Below, piece after piece: positions 38,946-53,204 of a DNA stretch of 64,000 nt (its first letter is position 1; the number at the start of each line of letters is the position of its first letter). The notes below the pieces were generated by a model, which was not told the DNA's origin, searched no databases, and saw nothing but the letters and a program-made list of their open reading frames with translations. The position numbers and the translations under genes were made by a program. Source of the stretch: Octopus sinensis (taxonomy: Eukaryota); the NCBI RefSeq assembly GCF_006345805.1, contig NC_043016.1:11346001-11410000 (forward strand). Direction: 5' to 3'.

Positions 38946-41900
38946 CTTATTCGATCGATGTCCTTTGCCAAACTGCTAAGTTATGGGAATATAAACTGCA
39001 CCACCAACGGTTGTCAAGTGGTGTCTCAAGCTCAGACAAAAAGACACACTCAAATTGCACCAAAGAATGAGGACCACATTTTAGAAAAAGAGAACTAAGT
39101 TCAATCCATTCAACTAAAAATTCTTCAAGGCGGTGCCCCAGCATGGCCACAATCTAATAATTGAAACAAGTTAAAAATAAAAGATAACTGACAGAATGAC
39201 CTGCCAAATTAATTCACAAGGCTTTGGTCAGTCCAGGGCTATAACAGACATTAGCATAGCTAGCAGTGGTGAGGGGAGTCCACTCCAGATGGCACTTTTG
39301 GATCTGCTGTAGGCAATGTACCTTTGTGGGGTCTGGGGGCTGGCAAACAGAAGGGTCACCCTGGCGGCACACACTCTAGCTACACTAGTGTGTGTGTGTG
39401 TGTGTGTGGTCTTTGTGATATGGAAAGATGGCTCCTCTGGGAAAGCAGCTTAGACCCCACCACATGTATAGATTCAAGAAATGAACTTTTTGGAACATGT
39501 CCACTCATGGCTATATTTTTTTACGTTTTGGGTCCTCCCAAAATCACAGATAGAATTTGCTTTTTATATTGTGTCCATGTACAAGCTTTTTATCTCTCTA
39601 TACTTTTTATATATATTTCTTATATATTTTTTACACATTTTTTTACATATTTATAGAGAGTTATTTTTATATTTTTACTGCTTTATTTACTTTTACACAT
39701 TTTTACTGTATTTTACCTTTCACCCTGCATTTTTCTTGTGCATGTGCATATATAGACGTGTATATAAATTTTTTGTATACGTGTCTGTGCATGTATGTAC
39801 ATGCATATGTACATGTGTATGGCTGCATATATACATTGGTGTACATGCGAGTGTTCCACGCAAGTTTGAGCAAGCATATGCATATATAGCATGTACGTAT
39901 TTTAGACATGCATTTGAATGTAACTACGCATATGGGTAGGTGCATGTGTGCACGTGTGTGTGTGTGGGTGTGTGTGCACGTGCATGTGCATGCAGATATA
40001 CATATGTGTGCATAGTGTGTGTGTGTGTGTACGTGTATATGTGTATGGTTGCATATATATGTGAGCATACATGCATGTGTTCCACGCGAGTGTGAGTGAG
40101 CATATAGCATGTGTGCGTATGGGTGTGTGCACACATGTGTGTGTGTGTGCATGCATGTGTGTGTGTGTTTGCATGCATGTGTGGTTATGTATACGTGTAC
40201 ATGCATGGTTGCATATGCATGGGCATCTATTGACATGTGTTTCATGCGAATGGGAGTGAGCATGTGCATTTAGGCACATGTACATGGGTGTGCATGCGTG
40301 CATCTGTATGTATGTATCTGCACGCATACACGATTACTATGAGCATTTTTATTCCTTACTTTTTACTTCCTCCCCTTCGGTTTTAACGGTCATTCTAATA
40401 GCTCTTTTGTCTTAATAACAGTCAATTATATTGTACTTTCCCTTAGTTTAACGGTCATTTCATAGGCTATTTTGATTGCCTTGATAACTGAAGAGATGCC
40501 AGTGTGGGTTTCCGTCCTGACATCTGAAGCTCGGAGTTTTATTATGGCAACCAAATAATTGTCACACATTATATTACAGATATATATATGTATGTATAGT
40601 TTAGGACAATCAGTAAGTTGTCCTAATAGGACTCAGAGTCACAAATGCCAGAGCTAAGAGCTACGATACATTCTCATCAGCTATTATGACAATAGACACC
40701 ATAAAAAAATCATTGAATAAAAGGGAATTTACTCTAATAGGTAGGAAAAAAGTATAAAAGATAAAAAATACATGCAACCATATTCTCACAATACATAGAC
40801 ATAAACCTCCTGCATTCATAACGTCTACATACGTACACGCTCACACAAAACATATATATAAATGCCAGTGCTGCTTTGACTGACTTCCATGTCAGTGGCA
40901 CATAAAAAGCACCATCAGACTGTGGTCGATGCTAGTCCCTCTGGTCCCTGTGCCAATAGCATGTAAAAAGCACTCAGTACATTCTCAGAATGGTTGGCAT
41001 TAGGAAGGGCATCCAGCTGTAGAAACCTGGCCAGATCAGATTGGGGCCTGGTGCAGCCTCCTGGCTTCCAGACACCAGTCGAACCGTCCAACCCATGCCA
41101 GCATTGAAAACAGATATTAAACGATGACGATGATGATGTATATATGAAATTTTGAATTTAGTTCATGGACCCCCAGTACTACCTTTGTGGACCACCATGA
41201 GTCCATGGACCCCAGGTTGGGAACCATTGCACTAGTGAAATACAGGGGTCGACCACTAGCATAGCTAGTGGGGAGTGGCAGAAGTGGTCTGCCATGGGCG
41301 ACACTTTGAAACTTTTGGGTATGCTGTAGGCAATATGTGCTTTTTGTGGGGTCCAGGGGTGGCAAACAGAAGGGTCGCCCCAAGCAGCACACACTATGGC
41401 TACACTAGTGATTACAGAAGACCCTTGGTCAAGGTGCTGTGCTGTGGGACTGAAACTGATACCACATGTTTGGGAAGCAGGCTTCTTAACCATGGAGCAA
41501 TGTTGTAGAAATCCTACAGAAATGGAAATCTTTTCAATAAACAGGATATTTGATATCTGCAATGTCCCAAAGAGATCATAAAGGTTAAGAGCATAACATT
41601 GATTTACTGGGTATTGAGTGGGTAAGAGATGATATTCTCTTGGGGTGTGTGTATATTATAAATGATATTCTTGGAAGATCTGGAACCAGTTCCTGATAGG
41701 CAAACCGAAATGAGTAAGAATAAAGTGTGTTACTGCCTACACACACACATATAGACAGACAGATACATATATACATACGTAGACAGACAGTCAGAGATAC
41801 ATACATGAGAACATACATATACATACATACAAACAAATGTACATACACATATATGCACACTTACACATACACACACACAAATACATACGCACATACATAC

Positions 41901-42355
41901 ATACAAGCATACACACACATACATACACACATCCATCTATACATAGATGCATGCATATACATACATATGCTAGCATGGAAAACGGACGCTAAACGATGAT
42001 GATGATGATGATGAAATACATACACATACATACATACAAACATACATATGTACATAGCTACATACATAAGTACAAACATGCATACATACACACACACAAA
42101 CGCCTATATACACATACATGCATGCATACACATACAGACACATACACATACACACATACATGCATACAAACTTCCATACACACATACATTAATACACACA
42201 CACACACAAACACACAAAATGCCTGCTCAGTACCTTATCCACTCAGCAATTCAGAGGAAGCCTCTATAACATTGCTTAAGCTGCTAGAAATAGAAGCAAA
42301 ATCTCCTTCAAATCAAAACCTACCTACTTGAAGAGGAAAGAATTCATAGCATGAA

Positions 42356-42828
42356 TGTAATGTGTTCATTAGAAAGTGGCTAGGCCTACCTCGTATGTTG
42401 AACAGTTCAGCTCTTTATCGTAAAAGAGGTTCGTTGCAGCTACCAATAGCATCAATAGTCGAAATATATAAGCTGGGGAAGATACGGACAGTGATGATGA
42501 TGAGAGAATCGAAGGATATGGAAATCAGGCGTAACCCACCAGAGGTGAAAACAGCCAGGAAGTGGAAAGCAGAAGCAGAAGCTGACGACATCTTGTCTTC
42601 TCTTATACACAGAGATATGGTAGGTGCAATGCAGAACCATCAGAAAGGACTGATCTAGCAAGCGGTGCCTCATATCAGTGAGGAGGGCCAGTGCGCATCG
42701 ATGCCATCGAGAGATAGGCCCTGAAACAGCACACATTCTCTCCTGATGACCCCATACACTTGCTGGCTTCCGGTATGCGGAATATTTGACTGGTAGCACT
42801 TGCATGTGCAAGTTGTTTTGCAAGACAT
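42356..42828 (+). pseudogene. RLE-type non-LTR retrotransposon fragment (Hero/NeSL-like)
   Basis: IRKWLGLPRMLNSSALY...LQLPIASIVE.YK..K.R..MM.RES.D..IR...P.VKTARKW.AE...HRDMVG resembles the post-RT region of Hero-like elements as I recall them. Confidence 0.6.
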
Positions 42829-45262
42829 TGGGTTGGTGCATAATTATTGCAGCATTTTTACAGAAAATTTTATTCCAGAAAAGCAATAACAATATTTAAC
42901 AAAAACATCTTTAAATGGTCTGACTGTCTGTGAAGCAAATGGGAAACAGTAATTGAAGTAGATGGTGAATATGCTCCGGAATAATCATTTAAACTGTTTT
43001 TGTTACATGTGGTTATTGTTTTTGCTGAATAAAATTTGAGAAAAAGTCACAATAATTATGAACCAACCCAATAGTATGGGTTTTAGCATTCAAATATTCT
43101 GTCAGATGTAATGTTTATTTATTCACATTATTTTGAATTAATCAAGGATTATCTTGTAGCTAAGAGATTCCAGCGATGTGACTATTTTTAGGATGACATT
43201 GTAGGCTAGGTGTGAGAGGCCAGAAATGGTCGGTTTAACCTTTAGCATTCAGATTACTGTGTCATATGTAGGTACTTGTTCTCACTGTTTTGAACTAATC
43301 ATGCATTATCTCATAGCTGAGAGATTTCGATATGATTATTTTTCTATTTAGAATGATGTTCTACAGTAGGTGTGAGAGGCTGGATCTGGCCAGTTTTAAC
43401 ATATGACAGGTTGAAAATTTGGGTTGGATATGGTCAGTTTAAATATTAAAGGGTTAAAAGGTCAAGGTTGGAATGTTTTCACTGATTGGTATAGTTGTGG
43501 CTGTGTGGTAAGAAGTTTGCTTCCTAACCACATGGATCTGGGTTCAATCCCTTTGTGCAGCATCTTGGCATGTATTTTCTATTACAGCTACATGTTGATC
43601 ATGTGAATGGATTTGATAGATGGAAACTCAAAGAAGCCCATTGTATATATATATATATATTATTTTATTCTTTTACTGGTTTCAACCAGAAGCTGGGGCC
43701 ATGCTGGAGCACTGCCTATCAGTGTTTTGGAGTCTCCTTTTGGTGTTGTTGGATGAAGTTTCTCTTTTGTGTGCCTCCTGCTGTGATGCGGGGTCATCTG
43801 GGATTTCAGGTAGGAATTTGTACAGGTGCTTTTTTCTAATGTTTCCACATCTGCACCTTGCAGCTATGGTTCCCTGAAACCAAAGCTGTTGCAACACAGG
43901 GTCCTTATCTGAGACAGTATCTTTAGTATTATGCAGTGCCATTTGGTGGTTGATATAGCTTTTAATTCCAAAGCTGGGAGCTAGACATTCTCAGATCTTC
44001 CATATGTATATCACTTAATACTTTTCTTACCTTCTATAATGATAAATGCCAAAACGAATTTCTGTGTGTCAGTGTGTCACACTTTGACCCCACCCCCCAC
44101 TTCTACTATTCCTCTTGCTGGGGTGAGAGTAATAGTAGGCATAGAGATGGTGAGGGCTGTAGTAGATTGACTATTGAGATGGTAATGGGGTGATAGTAAT
44201 AGTATGAACTGTAGTGTGATAGAGGCAGAGGCAACAGTGATGGTGTGGCAGTGGTGGTGGTAGTGATGGTGGTGGTAGCTGAGGCGGTCAAGCATGATAG
44301 TAAGGGATATGGAAGACAGTAGTGTTGGTGGTGGAGGGAAAGGTGGTGAAGTCAATGGTGTTGATGTTGGTGATGTCAAAAGTCTGAATGGTGTGTGTAT
44401 GGCAGCTGTGGTGGCGATGGTGGTGGTACAGGTGGTGGTGATGGTTGAAAACAATCAAGAGAAAGAAGAGATTAGACAGAAAAAAAATGTACTCCCTCCT
44501 TCCCTGAATGGAAAGACAAAAAAATGTTGTTTATAATGAAGCTTTGCAATAAGTTCCAAGTTGACAAATTATATCATTGTTTTGATGAAAATTGTTCATT
44601 GCTTGGAAAATATTGGTCAAGTTTAATAAAATTTGATATGTACTCAATGCATGAAGTGTCATTGTTGGCCCAGAGCCCAATGAAAAGCCCACCACAGGAG
44701 CTAGCTTAAAAGCTGCCCAATGGGGCAGCTTTTAAGTTAGTATGTGTGTGTATGCACGCGTGCACGTGTGTGTGTGTGTTTGCCCCCAACAACTGGTGTT
44801 GGTTTGTATATGTCCTTGTAACTTAGCAAATTCAGCAAAAAGAAACTGACGGAATAAATACTAAAAAAACAATGGGGTTGATTTGTTTGACTGAATCTTT
44901 AATGGTTGTGTTGAGGTACCACAGTTTCAGTTTAGTAGACTGAACAGTTCAGCAAAGAGAAATCAATAAAGGTACCACCGGAACGAAATGAATGCTGAGA
45001 GGTGGAGGGTGGGGAACATCGATATGAACAACTAACAATTAAACCTCAAAGCTTTTGCTCCAGCAGGGCCACAACCTGATGACTAAAACCAATAAAAAAG
45101 TAAAAAAATTAAAAGTTTATAAAAAAATCAAAGAAAATTAAAATCCCTAAGGACCCTAAAAAGGATAGAAATCTGCTTTGCCCCCCACTATACCCCACCT
45201 CTCCCACCTCCATCCAGTATCTTCTATTTTAGTCCGTCTTTTTCACTCCTCCCTCTCTCTCA

Positions 45263-45334
<72 letters not shown>

Positions 45335-46734
45335 ACCAAATGATAGCTATAAATATATTTTTTATGTCTAAACGTCCATATGTTTATATTCAGACTGTCA
45401 GATTATAATATTTATGTACAAGTTTGATTACAACCCTGAGATTTCTGGAGAAAAATGTTAGAATTACGAGTTATCTTGTCGGACTTTCCCCACCCCTTCT
45501 TCTTGGTTTTTTAATATATTTTTTAGCTTTTGTGCTTTTTGGGGGAGGCGGGAGATTCTTAAACGTTAAAAAAAATCATTTATCATGATGTTGCTTCGCT
45601 TAACAGTTCGTTAACAGATCTTGTTATTTACTCCAAGAACCTCAACGTAATGCTTGTATATATCGTTTTGTTTTAATCCTGTAACAGCTATTATCAAGCG
45701 GAGCTATGATCAAAGACATTCCAGCTGTGACCATCCTAGTGCAATGAACCTAGAATCGCTCTAACATAATTTTCTTTCTTTTTTCTTTTGTGTCTCCTCC
45801 ACCACCGCAAGACAGTAGAAAGTGATTTGGCCACAATTTACAGATGACTGAGCGACATGTAAACAGTCCCTCTTTGACTCACATCTACATGTCAACTCGA
45901 CAGGCTAGAAATAGCAGCTATATCTCTCACATATCATCCGCTACTGTCTTTAAAATAGAAAGAACTCGTTGAGCGATATATTCCTAGATAAACAAGTACA
46001 AAAAAGATGTGGCTGCCATGACCGCAACATGTTTCATCATAATTCCATTTGGGAATTAGCCGACCTGGGGCTAAATTACAGCCATAATTTATCCCTTGAC
46101 CATACAACTTAAACCTCTTGAACCATAACCTTCATAACTGACATTTTTTGTTCAATGGGTCATATTAACACACGTGCTTACACACATATTCACTACCATG
46201 AACAAGCCACTGAACTCACTTCTTACATATTCCCACATACACACACACGAGATGGTACTGCAAAGTTCCTGGTTTTGGGTAGAAGAAAATACACATCGGC
46301 AAGACTTCTTTCTGCTCGCGCCCCACAAAAAAATCCACCCTTTTTATTTATTTATTTATTCCCCCCCCCCCTTCAGCTATGGGGAATACAAATCTGCAAA
46401 AAAAATTGACAAAAATCTGAAAAAAATTTCCAAAAATTTTTGTAAAATTTTTTCAGAATTTCATTTTTTCATAAATATGCAGGAAAACACGGACATTATG
46501 ATTCGGACAAAAATTTCAAAGCGTTTCTGTAGTTAGGCTTATGGTTATGGTTTTAGGGTTTTAAAGTTAGGGCTAGTGTTGGGGAAAAAGTCAAAATTGA
46601 AGAATTTGGGGAGAGAAAGGTGGGGAAAAATTTAACAATGCCGATTTTTGGCAATTTTCCGGAACTTCCATATCCGAAAACGGGGGTTTTTGGCAAAAAA
46701 AAATTTTTTTGATAAACAAATTTGGGAGAAAATG

Positions 46735-47962
46735 GGGGTGGGAATGGTGTCACAAACTTATACATGAAGACACCACAAACCCTGGGTCTGGAAGCGATAA
46801 AACAATGGGTAGAAAAATACAGGGAACTCATAGAAAAACGTTTCAAAACAGACTTTGTCACCAAAGCCATCCAATTAATACTTGAAGAAAACACATTCTC
46901 ATTTAACAAGACATACTGACAGATAAAGGGCATGGCTATGGGTACGAAATTCGCACCTTCATATGCCAACCTGGTGTTAGGTTTCCTTGAGAACAAACTA
47001 TACAATGAAATAGGGAAAGACTTCGAATGTGACATCAAGAAAAGTGGAAACGCTACCTCGATGACTGTTTCATCTTTTGGAACAGATCAGAAGATCTACG
47101 AACATTCTACAGCATTCTCAACACATTGCACCAATCTATCAACTTCACAATAGATACCAGCTACAACGAACTTCCCTTCCTAGACATCAACATCAAGATA
47201 TACAACTCCATCGTCACAAGAGAAATCTACTACAAAAAAAAACGACACACACCAATATTTAAATTCCTACCCCTGCCACCCATCCCACATAAAAAGAAAC
47301 ATTCCATAGAGTATGGCAAGACGCATATGCAGCATAGTAACCGACTCACAAACATGCCAAATAAGACTAAATGAACTTAAAAACTTCCTACTAGAACAGA
47401 AATTAATAAAAAATGGAATCTCAAAAGCAATGAAACTAGATATCACACAACTCAGAACTCAAAAAACGAAAAACAAAGAAAACATCATCCCCTTCATAAA
47501 CACACACAAACCTGGAGTTACCAACATGTTTCAAATCATACATTCAAACTTACCAATAGTACTACAAAGCCCCAAAATGGGAAACATATCAGACAAATAT
47601 TGCTTAAAATACAGTGAACGCCAAGACAAAACCTGAAGAAACAACTAACAAGAGCAAAATTCTCATCAGAAACTAAAACTGAATTGTTTGTAAAAGAGTG
47701 AGGAGATGGTAGATGTGGGATCTGCAGTAACCCCATCTACAAATGTATAGAGGGAAACAACCAAATAAAATTTAAGAGTGGTCACGCATTCGAAGTAAAT
47801 GCAGACATGAATTGCAAGATGCAGAACATAATATACTGCATAACCTGTCCCACATGCAAGGAGAATTATATAGAAGAAACTGGAAATTCTTTATGCCGAC
47901 AAGCCAGAATTCACCGACAACATGTCCGACAGGAGGAACTGCGAAAGGTTCCACTGAGTAAA
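46735..47962 (+). pseudogene. Penelope-like retroelement, RT plus GIY-YIG endonuclease, frameshifted
   Basis: VTNLY...LILEENTFSFN..Y*QIKGMAMGTKFAPSYANL; KRYLDDCFIFW; ELPFLDI; NIIYCITCPTCKENYIEETG. Confidence 0.92.
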
Positions 47963-48765
47963 CCACATGGGTCCTGGGTTCTGTCCCACTGCGTGACACC
48001 TTGGACAAGTGTCTTCTACTATAGCCTCAGGCCAACCAAAGCCTTGTGACTGGATTTGTTCAACAGAAACTGAAAGAAGCCTGTCGTATATATGTATATA
48101 ATAATATATATATATTATATATATATATACATATATATGTTTGTGTGTCTGTGTTTCTCCCCCCAGCATCTCTTGACAACCAGTGCTGACGTGTTTACAT
48201 CCCCGTAACTTAGTGGTTCAGCAAAAGAGACCGATAGAATAAATACTAGGCTTACAAAGAATAAGTCCTGGGGTTGATTTGCTTGACTAAAGGCGATGCT
48301 CCAGCATGGCCACAGTTAAATGACTGAAACAAGTAAAAGAGTGAAGAGAAAGAGTATACTTTTACTGTTTTACTTGTTTCAGTCATTTGACTGTGGCCAT
48401 GCTGGAACACCGCCTTTAATCGAGCAACTCGACCCCGGGACTTATTCTTTTGTAAGCCCAGTACTTATTCTATCGGTCTCTTTTGCCATACCGCTAAGTA
48501 ACGAGGACATAAACACACCAGCATCGGTTGTCAAGCAATGCTAGGGGGACAAACACAGACACACAAACACACACATACATATATACATATACATATATAC
48601 GACAGGCTTCTTTCAGTTTCCGTCTACCAAATCCACTCACAAGGCATTGGTCGGTCCGGGGCTATAGCAGAAGACACTTGCCCAAGATGCCAGGCAGTGG
48701 GACTGAACCCGGAACCATGTGGCTGGTTAGCAAGCTACTTACCTCACAGCCACTCCTGTGCCTAT
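47962..48765. mobile_element. Two SINE family A copies tail to tail (+ 47962-48341; - 48360-48765)
   Basis: Both match the family A sequence. Another minus copy lies at ~49205-49563. Confidence 0.88.
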
Positions 48766-49062
48766 GTTTGTTTAAGATTTGTTAGTGAGTTGGTGATGGG
48801 GCAAATTTCTCCTTGTATGTTTGCATGTGTGTGTGTGTGTGTGTGTTTGAATGTGAAGCTTTAAGTAAATGTTTTTGAGAAAGGTTGTTTATGAATGAAT
48901 TATTTGAAAAAGTAATTGAAGACATATCTATTAGCTATCTCCCTGATGAATGGTACAGTTCATGGTTGAGTGATTTGGAGGAGTGTTTGTCATTAAAATG
49001 AGTAAAAAAAACATCTGTTCTTTTATGGAATTTTGTTTCTCTTGTCTTGGAAAAGATGTGTT

Positions 49063-49099
<37 letters not shown>

Positions 49100-49127
49100 G
49101 CTTGCGTGTGTGTGAGTGTGTGTGTGT

Positions 49128-49158
<31 letters not shown>

Positions 49159-50222
49159 AGTGCGCGTGTGTGTGTGTGTGCAAGTGTAGAAGTAGGTATT
49201 TTCTATACTCTCTTTTACTCTTTTACTTGCTTCAGTCATTTAACTGCAGCCATGCTGGAGCACCGCCTTTAGTCAAGCACTTATTCTTTGTAAGCCCAGC
49301 ACCCACTCCATCGGTCTCTTTTGCTGAACTGCCAAGCTACGGGAACCTAAACACACCAGCACTGGCTGTCAAGCAACGCCAGGGGGGACAAACACACACA
49401 CACAAACACACACACACACACATACACACATATATACATATACATGACAGGCTTCCTTCAGCTTCCATCCACCAAATACACCCACAAGGCATTGGTCTAT
49501 AGGGGCTATAGCAGAAGACACTTGCCCAAGCAAGCTACCTACCACACAGCCACTCCTGTGCCTATAGGGTTTTATTTTTTTTTTTTTTTAGTATCTATTC
49601 AAGGAAATATTTCTGTATGTGCATGTATGCTTGGTAGGTAGTGGTCATCTGGCATTTCTATGCTACTGTCTAAAAATGGGATGGGTGTTATTTTGCCAGG
49701 GGTCATAGAACATAACAGTTAAAATCTAAATGAAAATCCATGTATATGGAGGTGGGCATTTGTTATGGAAGCCTATGAGTGGTATCAGATCTGAAACTAA
49801 AATAAAGAAGTGAAACAAAAACAGTGCATGGGTTTATTGTTCGTATAATGACCCTCCCAACATATAAAATGTTTATGTCATCATGTCTATGTGTGTGTAT
49901 GCATATATACATACTCACACACACATTCATACATATGTTTGTGTACATACGTACATATATATACACACACACACATACAAGCATGTATACATACATGCTT
50001 GCATACACACGTACGTACACACATGCAAACAAGCATGTATACATACATGCAACCATGCATTTATACAATGCCATTAGCAGGAAACACTATATATATATCT
50101 TTATCTTTTATTAAACTTTTAATACTTTTGATATATATTTAAAATAATATAAATTAATTCATTTTATGTATGGCTTATGTTTTTCATTGTTTGATTTGCC
50201 TAATAGTGGTTTTATCTCTAAT

Positions 50223-50274
<52 letters not shown>

Positions 50275-50562
50275 TATATAGTCACTATAAGGATATTTAG
50301 ATCTCTTATAAATATATTATTATCCAAGATACACTGATTTAATATATTGTATTTTGAAGAGATATTTCTTCAATAAATATATTATATAAAATATCATAAA
50401 ATATCAAATATTATTATTGAATTAGAAAACAGAGAGGTCTAATGGATACAAATTCATTTATTAATTAATTAACATATTCACCTGCAATTGTTTCATTTCA
50501 CAAACAAAATTAAAACTACAAAACATATATAAATATATAATTTTGTATGTTAAATACCTTGT

Positions 50563-50727
50563 ATGAAAAATCATCAGGGTGGGCAGAGGATAATACAAGG
50601 ATTACATTAGGATATATTTGGGATATCCAGAATATATAGATTATAATACATGTCTGTATATTCTGGGTATTCCGAACATATCCAGATGTAATCCTCATTG
50701 TCTTTTGTACACCCTGATGATTTTTCA
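50563..50727. repeat. Imperfect foldback
   Basis: tgaaaaatcatcagggtg ... caccctgatgatttttca termini, with further internal pairing. Confidence 0.75.
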
Positions 50728-50736
50728 CCCAAGGTA

Positions 50737-51125
50737 CAGCGGCTTACTGGCTTCTGTGCCAGTGGCATGTAAAAAGCACCATTCAAGCATGATCGTTACC
50801 AGCATCGCCTTACTGGCACGTGAAAAAACATTCGAGCGAGGTCGTTGCCAATGTCGCTGGATTGGCTCCTGTGCAGGTGGCACATAAAAACACCATTTGA
50901 GCGTGGCCGTTGCCAGTACCGCCTGACTGGCCCTTGTGCTGGTGGCACGTAAAAAGCACCCACTACACTCTTGGAGTGGTTGGCATTAGGAAGGGAATCC
51001 AGTTGTAGAAACTCTGCCAGATCAAGATTGGAGCCTGTTGCAGCCATCTGGTTCACCAGTCGTCAGTCAAATCGTCCAACCCATGCTAGCATGGAAAGTG
51101 GATGTTAAACAATGTTGAGGATGAT
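50737..51125 (+). mobile_element. RTE 3'UTR/derived SINE with three internal ~50-65-bp repeats (related copies ~4850-5070, 11745-12010, 40865-41135, 59430-59770)
   Basis: Shared aagggcatccagctgtagaaa...ccatgctagcatggaaa..gacgttaaa(cga)tgatg end. Confidence 0.8.
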
Positions 51126-51639
51126 ATATATATATATATATATATATAATGGTACAAGGAATTTTGTGGGACATTGCCATCAAAACTTTTACTGGTTGTA
51201 AACATAAAAGACCTGATATAGTTATTTGGGAAGGTCATGTACAGTCAAAGAGGTTAGTCACCCAGTGGATGTAAACATCTATTCCAAATGTCAGGGAGGA
51301 GAATATCAATGGCCAACTACTTCAAAACCTGTAACTCCTCTGGCCTGATTTATGTTCATACCAATAATCGTTGATGCATTTGGTTATGTTAGTAAATGCC
51401 TAAGCCATTATCTAGGGAAGCTAGGATTTTGAAGCACGGAATGATAGTGGTTAACATGAACTTTACAAATACAATCTGTAAGTGAAACAGTAAAAAATAC
51501 GCAACAACTTCTTGAAGTTCAATATGTGACAATTGTTATTTTTTTTTTTTATCCAAATTCCTGTGATGAAACTTGTTTTTTTGTCAGAATCCAGCTCCTA
51601 TATTTTACAAAGAATATTAATTTGTTCATATATATACAC

Positions 51640-53130
51640 ACATATATACATACATACCCATTATAGAATACATATAAAATGCTGACACATGTTTCTCTCT
51701 TCCAGAAAAAGCTTTGTAGAGTGTTCTTGTAGATGCACATTGTCACTCATACCCTCCACTAACCCCTTATAGAATACAAGATTTTGTTCTACTGCCAAAG
51801 GGGTGTCCAACTGATATAGTGCTGTGTGTGCCTGATAATAGAATGACAAATGCCCAATATTCATCTGAGTTTGGCCCATGGTTGTAGCTTGATGAAAGAG
51901 ATGAGCTGCAGAAAGACATGGCATAAAAAAATGTCTACACTAAATAGCCCTCATTTTTATAACTGTCATCACTGTTGCTGCAGTTAAGATATTTTGAAAG
52001 GTGTATCAACCTCAATGCATGCCAGCACATTATCACAAGACAACCACAGGGTGGGTGTGGCAGTAGACGGATTTCCTGACCTGTTGAATCTGACCCTTTC
52101 GTAAGAAGAGGAAAAGTATGTACATCTAAAAGGTAAAGACCTCTTTTGGTCATGAATGACCATAGGATTGCACATAGAAAGTTACCTTCCGAGACACCAG
52201 TCCAGACAAGGTTGTTTGTGGAGGATTAACAGTCAACCATGCATACCGGTTGTTATCCAAGGAAATGACAGAGGTCAATACAGCTTGGCACCAGTGATGT
52301 CACAACTCATTTCTACAGCTGAGAGAACTGGACCAACGTGAAATAAAAGTATTTTGTTCAAGAACACAACACACAGCCTGGTCTGGGAATCAAACTCACT
52401 ACCTCATGATTGTGAGCCTGACATTCTAACCACTGAGCCATGCACCTCCTATGTGCTTCCAAGTGGTCAGATATTTCTTGAGATGCAGTACACCTACAAA
52501 GCAAGGTTGACATTGGTCACTTCCACTAAACTTTACAGAAACAACTTCCACTCAACCCATGTCTGAATGAGACTGGCTACTCTGTTTGAGGCCTTCACCC
52601 CAGTTTCTATCATAAGCACCTTAACTGACCATCTCAGAGACAGAAATTACCAATGACTAACATGGACATTTCTTGGTACCAATTTGCAGGCTCTCTGACA
52701 TGTTCTGGCTAGCTGATATTCTTACAACATGACATCAACTACATCTATATCCAAAGTGTCAAATACTATGACAGTGATGTTGTCCACATATGCAGTCATG
52801 GCTTCCCTGTGACTTTAAAAGGCATCATACTCTTTCAAAAGCAGGATTCCCTTCAAAGTGAAAGCAGAGCCACTTCTACTGAAGTTGGCATTTTGCTGCA
52901 GCTTCCTTGTGGCTTTTCTACTTCCCAGCACAAGAGTTGTAGCAAGCCCTTGCCTTTAGTATCAAAGTCCACCATCTCAAAAGTAGCTCAGCAAAAATGA
53001 TCATGCACATCTCTTAGGAAATGGAGAACACATATTCTCACTGCAGTTGGTCAAAGACTGAATTGTGGCTTTGGTGCAATGCTATGCATTCCACAACCAC
53101 AATCCATTGAATGGCTTTTATGCACCTAGG
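51640..53130 (-). pseudogene. L1/Tx1-clade LINE relics (RT core ~52470-53130; post-RT piece ~51640-51930)
   Basis: TAYVDNITVIV (decayed AYADD motif) at ~52772-52796, and FYKGLVEG downstream. Many stops. Confidence 0.55.
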
Positions 53131-53204
53131 TTTTTGACATATGTGCTCAAACAAAAACAATGTTTCCTTTGCATTTCATGTTGAATGAGGCCAGCCTCAG
53201 GTGT

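Larger units (their letters stand above)
32347..45422. repeat. Right arm of inverted segmental duplication, with ~8.5 kb absent from the left arm
   Basis: Reverse-complement matches to 9046-13656. Confidence 0.92.

Noticed and set aside
46240-46735. Telomere-like ttaggg variants (46531-46585) as an interstitial telomere
   Set aside because: Only two or three degenerate units, in a homopolymer-rich stretch that looks like low-quality consensus or a decayed repeat.
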